Below, one piece after another: positions 35,411-48,177 of a DNA stretch of 64,000 nucleotides. The position numbers and the translations under genes were made by a program. Location: positions 6,696,001-6,760,000 of the forward strand of contig NC_135764.1 of the NCBI RefSeq assembly GCF_052425735.1, in the 5' to 3' direction. The DNA comes from Oculina patagonica. Taxonomy: Eukaryota. The notes beneath the pieces are model-generated. The model was not told the origin of the DNA, ran no database searches, and saw nothing but the letters and a program-made list of their open reading frames with translations. The stretch's first letter is position 1, and each line of letters starts with the position of its first letter.

Positions 35411-37788
35411 ATGTTTTCGACGCTACTGATAAGCCTACCTGTATTCTGTGCGTTTTTGTCGCTGGTCAAGTCAGAGTCAGTAAGAGTGTCAACAAAGTAT
35501 GGAGACGTCGAAGGTCTCGTGGCATCGTACCCGAATGCCTCTGGTCCGTTCAAGTCTGTCAACAAGTTTCTTGGCGTTCCTTTTGCAGCACCGCCGATTG
35601 GAGAGCTCAGACTAAAGTCCCCACAACCGCCAATAGCATGGAAAAACGTTCGGCAAGCGACAAAGCATGGAAACATTTGTTGGCAAAGTAAGCTTTTTGA
35701 ATTTTATATCAAAATGTTTACTCCAAATTTCTCGTACAGCGAGGATTGCTTGTATCTCAACGTCTTCAGCCCGAACGTCAGCTTAAGTTTACCCGTGATG
35801 GTTTATATTCACGGTGGAGGATATGAGGGCGGCACATCAGTCACATACCCCAGCGATATTTTGGCTCTGTATGGTGTGGTAGTGGTTGTGATCCAATATC
35901 GTCTCGGTCCACTTGGTTTCCTGACGACCGGGGACTCGGCGGCCCCTGGGAATTTTGGAATGTTGGATCAAGTCGAAGCACTCAAGTGGGTCAAAGAGAA
36001 CATTGAAAATTTTGGCGGGGACCCCAGCAAGGTGACCATATTTGGATTAAGTGCTGGCGCGACCAGTGTGTCGCTACATTTGCTGTCACCTCTATCAGAG
36101 GGCCTCTTCCACCAAGTCATTGCAGAAAGCGGAGTGGATTTGAGTCCCTTTGCGATTCAGCCAGTTTCGTTTGGCCTCCGTTTCGCCAAAGAGCTCGCTC
36201 AAGAGCTGGATTGTACAACAAGTGACCACGAAGCAATGGTCGCCTGCATACGGAGGAAGAGAGAGACGGACATACAGAAAGCTTCCGAGTCAATAAACTA
36301 TCGGTTCTATGATTATCTGCGCTGGGCGCCAGTTGTGGACGATCACTTTCTTCTTGACACGCCCCGGAATCTACGAAAGAAAGGAGATTTCAAGAAAGTA
36401 AAGTTGATGATCAGTTTTACCAGTCAGGAGGGTGGAGCAAGTGTCGGTTATTTCGCGAACTCGTCTTTTGGGATGGCGGCAAGTGTGGACGATGGAGTGA
36501 GTCCGTCATTTTTCAAGGAATTTATAACAAAGCTTGCCCATGGGCGAAACAGCAGGTGAGTTGCGATTTTGTTGTCTGTTTAATTTGAACCACGCGATTC
36601 GACGGACGAGAAAGTTGACCGGCAAGTGCAAAAAAATTGTGATTTGAGTTCTAGGGATCATAAAAATTTTTACTTGTTTCCATTTAGGTAAGATGGACCC
36701 TTGATATATTTTTTCAAGGTTTAAAATTTGAAGCTAGACTACTTTATTAATGGAAGCATGTTTTGTAACGTACAATAATGGGATATAGCTTCAAAATCTT
36801 CCCGCTGTTTTATTCTGGGTATCAAATTTACTCCTTACCCCACAAACATTTACTCACACTTCGCTAAGAAACGATTCTACTTCTGAACAAAAATGGATCA
36901 ACGTACTCAACACACCTCCACATACGTCAAATGAAGTGAACCTTTTGAAATAAACCAAAAAAAGTACTTCATCTTTTCCGGTCTTGCAACAGATTATACC
37001 TTCTTTTGAAAAGTCTTGCCTCTTCTTTACAACATTTCTGTCAAAACTTTTGAACTCAGACCAAACAATTCAAACTTTACATCGTTGGGTCATTGGGAAC
37101 ATAAGTTCCTTGTTTTCCACCTTATGAGGGGAACAGTTAATAACAAATCACTTTGTTTCGCCTTCTTAGAAAGAAAACTGCCGACCTCATCGCGGACGCG
37201 TTGCAGTTCATGTACACTCCTTGGCCTGACAACAATGATAAATACGCACTAAGAAGCCAACTTGTGGACCTCATCGGTGATTATCTGTACTTCGCACCAA
37301 GTCACGAGGTCGCCGATATTCACAGCAAAGTTGCTCCGGTGTACATGTACGAGTTCGCTCACCGCTCAAAGAACGCCAGTAATTACCCTGAGTGGATGGG
37401 TGTGGTCCATGGCGAGAACGTGCCATATGATTTTGGAGTCCCGCTTTGGTTCCCCAGGTATGATGAAGCCGACAAAAACGTCAGTTTGTTTATCATGGAA
37501 GCGTACGCAAACTTCGCAAGAACCGGCGATCCAACACCACAGCCAGTCAGCGGTGTTACGTGGGAGAGGTACAACTCCAGTCACAGAGCTTACTTGCGAG
37601 TTAACGCTCATCCTAAGATGGCGGCGGCGTTTGCTCCTCGGCGAATGGCTTTCTGGAATAATTACCATCCTAAACTGTCGCAAGTAAAATTTGAAACCAA
37701 GAAAGATGTGGCCAGCGGTACTAGCGCTAGTGTTGCCATGGCAATGTTTTATCACATTGCACTTGTTGTCATTTTGATTATGTTCTGA
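35411..37788 (+). CDS. Carboxylesterase/cholinesterase-like copy 5; exons 35411..36555 and 37170..37788 (587 aa)
   Basis: Same motifs; acceptor CTTCTTAG|A at 37169. Confidence 0.93.
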
Positions 37789-37885
37789 AATTTAGTTATA
37801 TAACGTCGCTAGGGTTCTCTATAGTGCAGGACTTGCTTAGGCATAAATATAACAAGGTATAAATAGTATTTTTTGTCGTTTTATT

Positions 37886-38289
37886 CAGGGGCACCCAACA
37901 GACCGTTTCGTTGAACATCTGTTCGGAAGACCTTTATTCGCCTACGATTTTCGGATTAAAGTGTGATGAAAATCTGGAAATTTCTTAAGCTCCAACGTTC
38001 TTGACATGAGGAAAGTAATACATGTTGTTTTCGGAGGAGAAAAATGTCGTTTTGGGTACGAAAAATGGCTAGCTACAATTTTCGAAAAGGCAACAGCGTT
38101 TGTAAATTCGGGTAATAATATTTCGTTCCCTAAAATTTTCTGAAGATTGAGATTTTAGCTAACGTATCCAAAAATTGCATTTTTCTAAGCATTTAAAAAT
38201 AAGGCTTTAAATCACCCAGTAGATTCACTTATAACGTATAATCGGTGTTTCGACACCCTATAGAAAAATCTTCTCGTTGGGTGCCCCTG
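37886..38289. mobile_element. MITE shared with 50598-51008 (downstream of copies 5 and 7)
   Basis: TIR CAGGGGCACCCAAC / GTTGGGTGCCCCTG, TTTATT on both sides. Confidence 0.8.
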
Positions 38290-40028
38290 TTTATTGGCAG
38301 TTGATAATGTACGAATTGTTTACAAAAAGATTTTTTAATTCATATTAATGGATGTAAGACTTTTTAATGGATTTTTTAATGGGCGTAGCTTGGGGCAGTT
38401 TATATTGTTAATACTTTGCTCGAGATGCTTTTGCAAATTGTCATTATATTACGTAATAGGTTTTCGTTTCACCAATACAAACATTCATTATCGTGTAATA
38501 CCAAACACACATGATTCTTTTTTGGTAACTACATGTTAGAAGCTAAATAAAATTCTTTTATGGGTGAAAAGTCTGCTGATTAAGCGGCTACACGACTCTC
38601 CATAGCGGCTAGTTGGTTAGTTCCTAAAACAGCATTTTGTATTGATTTTATTAATTGTTTTATGCTCTATTGAGCACCTTGTGAATTAACATGGCTTTAA
38701 TTTACCCAGTGGAACATAAGCTAGAGAAAGGGTACATTGATCACTGTCATCTCTTGTGAGTCCTTGAAAAATATCAAAATGTGAATTCTTCCCAAGTACA
38801 TCACGTACGTGTGCAGCCAGGCAAAGAACAGTTCTCACTCCACCCTTGACGACAACACTTAGTCAGTACAAAACATTAAGATACGACAATTTACCTCATT
38901 ATAAGAATATAACGAAGCATTATTTAACGACGCGAACAAAATCTACACGTTATAAAATGCACGCGAATTTGCGAATAATTATGTTTATATGGACTTTATT
39001 AACGCAAATGTGATGCTCTATGCGTAATAACGTCTACAGCAACCTACAATTTTCACAAGACAAAACAATGCCTAACAAGTCTAAAGGCATTTTAAAATAA
39101 ATATTGCATGAATGAATATGTGTCGATCAACCTCGAGGGAGAGGTTGATGGCATGTATCTTTGCTGGAAATAAAGGTGTCTTAAAATATCGATGCTGTTA
39201 CAAGTAATGGCGTAATTTTTAAGTGCATAAAATTAACGCAAACTTTTGAAATTCACGTAAATAACACGCATCGTTAATTTCCTATAATAAGGTATGACAA
39301 CATATTGGTGAACTGGCTATCCGTATTCTTAGTTTTAATTCTGCAAACACATTAAGGATAGTGATTCGGCAGTGAGAACAAGCAAACTTTTTTAAAATCG
39401 CTTTTTTCTTTTGAAATAGAAGTATTCCTACAGAAAGGACCCGAAACAGAAGTGTACAATATGCAGATCGTTTTCACATGACTTCAACTTGACCATTTTG
39501 CTTTTTTTAAACAATGACTAAAAAGTATAATGTTCTTATGCAATAATTTCTATTGTTTGGATATACTAAACTTTCAATTCCTTAGCTTGGTGTTCTATAT
39601 GAAACAATACTGTTTTGTCATTCTCTTGTTCATGATGAAATGGAATTATCGCATGCACCCTTAGAATTTGCATATGACTAATAATACTTTATTCAAATAC
39701 AAATACAAAAAGTAGTATTTTTAAGTAATTAAAAAGGAGGCCATAAGGTTAGTCCTATTTATGTCCTCTGACTACTTTTCCACACAGCCCCCTTGGATTT
39801 CTTTTTCACTGAGTTTGTTTGGCTTGTGATGTAAACAAGATTATCTCGACAGTGTTTGCCTGCGGCCCCGAGTAATTGAAAGCGCAATGCAATGACACAG
39901 CACATTGGGTTAATCACGCATAACATGCATGTATTAGTTTTTTGTCGAGCTTGCAACTACTGAATTCACGAGTCTGCCTTTCCATTCACATACAAGTGGC
40001 TGTTTAAAGAGTTTCCCTCAAGAGAAGC

Positions 40029-40061
40029 ATGTTTTCGACGCTACTGATACACTTACCTTAA
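40029..40061 (+). pseudogene. Orphan start (7 codons) of a deleted copy-8/9-type gene, forming mini-ORF MFSTLLIHLP*
   Basis: 39.3-40.05 kb matches the upstream regions of copies 8 and 9 through AGAGAAGCATGTTTTCGACGCTACTGATA, then switches to copy-3-type promoter sequence. Confidence 0.8.
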
Positions 40062-40441
40062 TTTGTCACGGATATTATTACAAATATTGTCATGCATATA
40101 ACTACAATTATCGTCACGACAGCAGAATAATAGTCTACGATATGTAACCATGTGTAACGAGAGAGTTAAGTTGACGACTGATCCAAGTTTTCACTCCTGG
40201 GCATATCGCGTGTTTGCGTGACTGAGGACCCAAGCTCTGTTCTCATCAGTTATCAAATATCGTCACGGTAATACATTGCAAGTGTCTTGATTGACAGTTC
40301 AATTTGCTGACGACGTACATTCCTAGGTTATCATGTAAGCGATTGATGCTCGTGTTTCATATATTCATTCTGTGGTCCGAATTGTATGCGTTAGGTCAAA
40401 CAATCGTGTGAGGTTGCACCTAGAGTCACGAGGAGGGAAGC

Positions 40442-43400
40442 ATGTTTTCGACGATACTGTTATCGTTGTCCATATTTTGTGCATGTTTGCCGCTGCTCAA
40501 GTCAGAGTCAGTAACAGTGTCAACAAAGTATGGAGACATCGAAGGTCTTGTGACCTCGTACCCGAATGCCTCGGGTCCGTTCAAGTCTGTCAGCAAGTTT
40601 CTTGGCGTTCCTTTCGCTGCCCCACCGATTGGAGAGCTCAGACTAAAGCCCCCACAACCGCCAATGGAATGGAAAAACGTTCGGCAAGCGACAAAGCATG
40701 GAAACATTTGTTGGCAAACGAATCTTTTTGAATTCTATTTCAAAATGTTCGCTTCAAATTTCACGTATAGCGAGGATTGCTTGTATCTCAACGTCTTCAG
40801 CCCGAACGTCAGCTTGAGTTTACCCGTGATGGTTTATATTCACGGTGGAGCTTACGAGATCGGTTCAGCAATAACACAACCCAGCGATATTTTGGCTCTG
40901 TACGGTGTGGTTGTAGTTGTGATCCAATATCGTCTTGGTCCATTCGGTTTCTTGACGACCGGCGATTCGGCGGCCCCTGGGAATTTTGGAATGTTGGATC
41001 AGGTTCAAGCACTCAAGTGGGTCAAAGCTAATATTGCAAACTTTGGCGGGGACCCTAACAAGGTGACCATATTTGGATTAAGTGCTGGTGGAACAAGTGT
41101 ATCCCTGCATCTACTGTCGCCTCTATCGGAGGGCCTCTTCCACCAAGCCATCGCAGAGAGTGGAGTGGATTTGAGTCCCTTTGCGACTCAGCCAGTTTCT
41201 TATGGCCTCCGTTTTGCCAAAGAGCTTGCTCAAAAGCTGGATTGTACTACGAGCGACCACGAAGCAATGGTTGCCTGCATACGCGAGAAACGAGACACGG
41301 ACATACAGAAAGCCTCCGACTCAATGAACTATGGGCTCTATGATTATCTGCGCTGGGCGCCAGTTGTGGACAAACACTTTCTTCTTGACACGCCCCGCAA
41401 TCTGCGAAAGAAAGGAGATTTCAAAAAAGTGAAATTGATGATCAGTTTCAACAGTCAGGAGGGTGGTGCCTCTCTTGGTGTGATGGCGAACAGTTCTTAT
41501 GGGATGGCGACAAGTGTGGACGATGGAGTGAGTCCGTCTTTTTTCAAAGAATTTGTAACAAAATTTGCCCACGCTCGAAACAGCAGGTGAGTTACGGTTT
41601 TTTTTTAGTCAGGTGAACCTAACCTCATTCCTTGGGCGCTTTTCCCTTTCAAGTTTTCCCGCCCCTTCCACTTTGAAGGAAAGAACGCCCTAGGAACGAG
41701 CTTGAGGTAAATCACGTGATGCAATCGTTTCCACTCTAAACTCGGTAAATTTTATAGGTGGTTTTCACTGTCATGCCACTGTAACGTCACGAAAAAATAA
41801 ATCCAAAACTGTCGAGTAAAAAAAAATCAAGAATATTACAGGTTGTAGAGAACTACTATATAAAATTCTTGTCCAAGTCTCTCATGTCTGTTCGTTATTC
41901 CGTACTCGAGCTATCCGTCAAAATGTTTCACTCAAATTTAGAGAGCACAGTATGGAAACGCCATGTTGGAGTCCAACTGCTTGGGCTCCAACACGGCGGC
42001 CGGAAATCAATGAAAACATCTGGCATTTAATTCTGCTACTAAAAGCGGTCAGATCATGAACACCCCCATGAACCAGTTAACATTCCGACGCATAAACACT
42101 CAACTGTTCAAATTGTAAAAAATTGCAGGATGAAGCATTTTTGTTTAAGAAAACGTGACAGCCTTCCGGCCGCCATCTTTGTTCTCGTGTGGCGTGAAAC
42201 TCCGAAATTCAAAATGCTCTATCTTTAAGACGGCGAATGCTATCGAGCTAAAAAAAACCTTCAACAAGTTAATTGCCAATGAAGGATAAAAACTCAGGGA
42301 TTTTGCGATTCTGGGATTTAGAATTTTGATGACGTCACGTAAAAACCAAGAATAACGGGGATTTTGCGGTAATTCCAAACACAACAGCGCAAGGCCATTG
42401 GTCCTTGTTTTTCTTTTGAGGAAACAACTTACAAAAATAGGTCCCCAATGGGTCCATGTGATCTGCCGGTATACTGTAACAGCATTGCTAAAGTTACTGT
42501 CTTCGGTTTTTCGGGTAACACAAGCTGATCCGTCACGAAAGTTATAACTTCATTTAAAACGTTTAAAGGTCGCTACCCTAATCAGTAATGCATGCAAAGC
42601 AACATGCCACCAGAAAGTGGTGGTAAACAAAAAGGTGCAAATTTAGCGAGATTCAGCTGCATTTCGTCAGTCAAGCAAACGTGCAAAAAACATTGGGGTC
42701 AGTCTTCGGATAATTTTATTTGACGATCAGCGTTCGAACATGCGTTAAGCTGTGCATGGCGCTTTCGCGTGAGAAATACAGAAGCCCTCAACAGAATGCC
42801 TTTGGAACATTTGATTCAATTGATCATTTAAAAAAAAACTGCCGCGAGGTTGAGTAGATCAGTTCTCGGATCGTGCAATAAGCGAGCGTTCATCGATTCC
42901 GATAGTACAACAAGCTTGCGTTGACTTCTTCCGATTTTCATATTGTTTCACATATATTTATTCAGTTGATCTAGTGATTGATTTGAAACACATGCACTCT
43001 CATGGCAGCTGAAACCCGTCGTACACAAAATGTGCAAATCAAGCGGGATATAGAGCTCTGGGGAGCCTGGGCTCCTCTTTGTTACACACTTTACATTTAC
43101 ACACACTTATATCAGAAACGGCAAAATTTTGCGTTTATTATTATTATATTATTATTATTAGCAACTCGGCGCTACGCGCCTCGTTGGCTATAACGATCTC
43201 ATATCCAACAAGCGCGAGTAGAATTGCAATATTTGAGCTCCCCAACTGTTTTCGTTGACGCGTATCGGCTACCATATTTGTGGTAAATGGTATATGAGCT
43301 CATATACCATTGCCTGGAATTACGCAGGAATTGAAATATACCATTGCTAGTTTTTAATAAAATTCTATTGTTACACACTTTCTTTTGTTACACACATTCC

Positions 43401-44114
43401 ATTCTCCTTCGATAGCAATATGTACTGAATGGCATTATGCCAAATGGCATAATGGCAGCAGAGCACAACAAATCACTTCGTTTCCCGTTCTTTAGGAAGA
43501 AAACCGCCGACCTCATCGCGGACGCGTTGCAGTTCATGTACACTCCATGGCCTGATAACAGTGATAAATACGCACTAAGAAGCCAACTTGTGGATCTCAT
43601 CGGTGATAACATCTACTTTGCACCAAGTCACGAGGTCGCCGATATTCACAGCAAAGTTGCTCCGGTGTACATGTACGAGTTCGCTCAGCGTCCAAAGCAC
43701 GCCAGCATTTTCGCTGAGTGGATGGGCGTGGTTCATGGCGAAAACGTGGCGTTTGATTTTGGCATCCCGCTTTGGTTTCCCAGGTATGATGCAGCCGACA
43801 AAAACGTCAGTCTGTTTATCATGGCAGTGTACACGAACTTCGCCAAGACCGGCGATCCAACACTACAGCCAATCAGCGGTGTTACGTGGGATAGGTACAA
43901 CTCCAGTCACAGAGCTTACCTGCGAATTGACGCTCATCCCAAGATGGCGGCGGCGTTTGCTCCTCGGCGAATGGCTTTCTGGAATGATTACTATCCTCAA
44001 CTGGCACAAGTGAATTTTGAAACCAAGACAGATGTGGTCAGCGGTACTAGCGCTAGTGTTGCCATGGCAATGTTTCATTACATTGCACTTGTCGTCGTTG
44101 TGATGTTGTTCTGA
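40442..44114 (+). CDS. Carboxylesterase/cholinesterase-like copy 6; exons 40442..41586 and 43496..44114 (587 aa)
   Basis: Same motifs; intron enlarged to ~1.9 kb by repeat insertions. Confidence 0.93.
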
Positions 44115-45105
44115 AAATTGGCTGTATGACGTCGCTATGGTGCAGTGACTTGCTTAGGTATATATGTAACGCATAACCCTGGTGTAATGACATTTCTGTG
44201 ATAGCGTTAATGACAGCATTAATATTTGATTGATGAAATAAGAAATAAGACTTTTTTAACTGAGGGATGTGACGTATCGATCGGAGCAGTTCATGTTGTT
44301 AATTCTTCATTCGAGGAATCAATCAATCAATCAATCATTTAAATTTTGTTTTAACTTATCCGGTTTTATACTCTATTAAGCAACCAGCGAAAATAAGTTT
44401 GGCTTTTACGAACTCAGTTGAAACTGATGAAATGAAAGATTATTGAACATAAGCAAAAAAAGTGGACATTGATATATTGTTACTGTACTGCAGATTTATG
44501 GGTTTTATTCAAGTTTTTTTTATATTTGCCTCTATTTTCCATTTTGCATCTCTATTTTGTTTTTTGTTTGATTTTATAATTATATAAGCGGTTTTGTATT
44601 TTTATATATATACAATGAGCGACAAAAGTCCTTGAGACCGTTGGTTGAAAATAATACATATTTAACATTCCCATTTTCCCACCTTAAATCTGGTGCAGCT
44701 TGTGAACCACCCCTCCCCCCTCCCCCTTTTCAATGTTGTACATAAACGAGGCAAGTCTTGCAGATAGCAAATGCAACATGGTTTTGGGGGAGGGGGTAAT
44801 ATTGAAGGGGTGAGGGGTAAAATTTGTCCAAGGTACTCAAACACTGCCGAGTGTCTCAACACTTTTGGCGCCCATTGTAGTAAGTGACTGTTTATTGTAT
44901 TCTACAAAGATACTCATATTTTAAATTTGAATAAATGAGTGTTTACCACACCCAAATGTTAACTTCTGCCAAAACTCTATAAACCCTAAAAACTCTATAA
45001 AGTGACCACCCTTTAAGAGTACAATCGAACCTCTCCTTATGGAGACCCCTATAATGATATGGAAACCTCCCTAGTTTTTGTGATAACCTGAATAATCAAG
45101 GTTAA

Positions 45106-45447
45106 AGCTGATTTCCAGTCCGTACTGCGCAGACTCAGGGTTTGTTTTCGTTTTTGTTTTGAATTCGTTGAAACGTTACACTTCGGTGACAGCATACATG
45201 ACGTTTTTTAGTCCGCCATTACGGTTCGTTTCGTTCAAGAGTTTCCGATGAGCTGAAACGTCGGTTTGAAATAGCGTCAAGGTTCTTCTACTCGTTATTA
45301 TTTGTTCTGCAAGGATATCTGGCGTTAATAATGAAGAAAAAGGTAAGTTTGTCGCGTAATTTTTAGTTTTGCTTGTAAACATTCCCTTCGAGTGGGCTCA
45401 CATAAACATTGCAGCCGAGATTGCGCAGTACGGACTGGAATTCATCT
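45106..45447. mobile_element. Intact TTAA-flanked MITE (342 bp)
   Basis: TTAA TSD; empty site AAGGTTCAGTCAAC at ~30661. Confidence 0.85.
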
Positions 45448-48177
45448 TTAAGTCAACATTATAACAGAGCATACAAGCAAACCAAGTGATGCAAGTGTTA
45501 AAATGTTCTTTACTAAAAGAATCACAACATCACAAATGATAAAAAGTGGGCAGATTGCTCTTACTGCACAATTCTCACATGTATAGGAAAACGGAGAACA
45601 ATTAGGCCCGGGCCAAACTTCAAACTTCACATGAGTCAAACCTAATGCAAATGACCAAAAACAATAGGTTTTGCTCATCTGCATTAGGTTCGACTCATGT
45701 GAAGTTCGACGTTTGGCCCAGGCCTTAGGCATTAATTGTACGAGTGAACAGATCGGAATTTTAGTAATTTCCACGAGTGGCACAGCCATAGGTGGAAAGT
45801 CCGGACTGTTCACCAGGCCAAACGTCGAACTTCACATGCGACGAACTAAATTGCAGTTTTGGTCGATCCAAAAAGGTTTTAAAAGCTCGACCGTTGGGTC
45901 AAAGGTCGAACATAATTCGTCGAACCTATTTTGAGGCTAAAAATACATCAACATTCGAATTTAAAGTTTCTTTTTTATGTTCGTTTCATGAAAAGATCGA
46001 CGTTTGTAAAATAAAGTCGACCTTCACACGTTCTATCCGTCAGTCGGACGAACTCAACTGAGTCAAACGTCGAACTTTATATCATGAACTTGATTCGCTC
46101 TGTTTAATTCGTTTCATGTGATGATCGACATTTGGCCGAGGCCTTATTGTTTCGAGAAAAAGATACCGATTTTCTTTTAATAAATACGAGCTTCTGAATA
46201 GGTTTGTGCTGTTTCGAGTTAACTGAATGTACCAGGCGTCCCTTCGGGGGTAGCTTCGCTTATTGGCTTTGAAGGTCGATTGAACTGAGTTTTTTGTTTA
46301 AAAGACAACGTAAAATCTTACCATAATGCCTACTTGTTCTTTCATTTCTGCTTCAGTTTAAATTTGTCGATTAGGGCCTTCAACGTTCCTTGTTTTTTGG
46401 ATCGATCTCCGACGATTCCCAGAAAGAAAGCCGCGACTGATCATGAAGCAGCCTGGAAACGACTAGTGACAGTGGCGCAGCTGCGTTTTTTTTGGCGCGA
46501 AACTCTGAGCGATACAATAATTTTAATAGCGAAGCGCGAGTGACGCCACGACTCGGACAAGACTCACACAAACAAAACGAAATGGCGAACGATTTTCTTT
46601 AACCGATGTTACTAAAACACTTTTATAAAACGAAAACTTTGCCTGATGTTTTCTGAGCCTCTTTGGGGTTATAATCAATAATGATATTCATTTGCAATCT
46701 ACTTTTAGACCTCGCGCGCTTCGCTATTGTTTAGCTAGCGATACAATTTGGGATAAATTGATCTAACGTCAACCAATCAGACGTGAGTATTTACGGGAGC
46801 AGTATCATTAAAAGAAGTATTCAAGTGTTAAGATAGTTTGGTGCAAGAGGCACAAAAACGGTTTGGATATTCGTTTTATCAGTTATACGTGCTATCTGTT
46901 TCAAAAACACCGATACTAACTTGTTAAAAAAGCTATTAGTTTACACAGATATTTCAGAGTGCGCTTAGAAGTTCCCATTCTTGCATTACACCTTAGTGGT
47001 CCTTAGTGGAAAAGTAATAGACTGCAGAAATTCAGGGAGTCCCATATTGGATACATGTTTGGATGTACGCAACTTTAACAAGAAAATTGTAATACCGGAG
47101 GATTGCTAAGAAATGATTGTAACTTCCGGCCCACTGTGCTGCATGTAACACTGCATCAGTAATGTCAGATAATTTTCCAAGTTGGCATCTCTAAGCCCTA
47201 GAAGAAAATGACATTGTCCTGAAACGTGACGGTTCGAATTTATTTGAAGTACTCTTTTGACCGCTGTATCACGTGATAAAAATCATTTCTTGCGAGAGTC
47301 ACGTTGCACAAACATTGTTACATGCGATCTTACTACTAAACGGTGAAATAGAAATTGTCGGCTATGTTAATTTAAAAAGTTTGCAAGTGATTTCACAGCT
47401 CATTTTTCCTTTGCGTATAAATACGATTAAATGACTAGGCAATATCGTTCCCATATTGAAAATTAAGTAGGATATTGTGTTCAGGAAACTTTTGGATAAA
47501 TTGTTGAAGCCTTGTATTGACTAATAAGTGGCATCATCACGGATGGAGTGGGTAGGGTTCATTGCTTAGCAAGTGCTCAAGATGCCGAGGTACTTGAGAA
47601 AGAATTATAACATGCCTCAAAAGTTAAATTCATTGTAACACCCGCCTCCAATCTTTTTATTTTTCCTCAGAAACATTGAGTTAGAGAAAAGTCATAGTTC
47701 CAAACTGATTATATGTAATTTTATATAGGACACAATGGAATTTACAAGAGTTAGTGAACAATGAATATTAATCCACGGTTGTCTTTTTATATTTTATACC
47801 TTCTATGTATATTAGAGCCTCGATTTAGAACCTATAGTACGAAAACCATATCGATAATGGTTCATTCGTCAAGCACATTTTTACAAATATCGTCACGGAT
47901 ATTATGGAACAAGCCTCGTGACATGAAAAGGAGTTACTAAAATAAAACATGTTAAAATTAAGAGACAATTTGCTGACGACACACATTTCGGACAAACACT
48001 ACTGAAACGCGCATGTATTATATTTTTTGTCAAGTCGGCAAAAAGAGAAGTCATTAACTAGCAAGAGATTTGAAAAGTTTCTTCATTATCACAGTGATCC
48101 GAAGTAGAGACATAAGCTTTTAGGAGTTTCTAAGTATTTTGTGAAGCTGTCCCTAGCACGGTCACAAGGAGGAAAGC

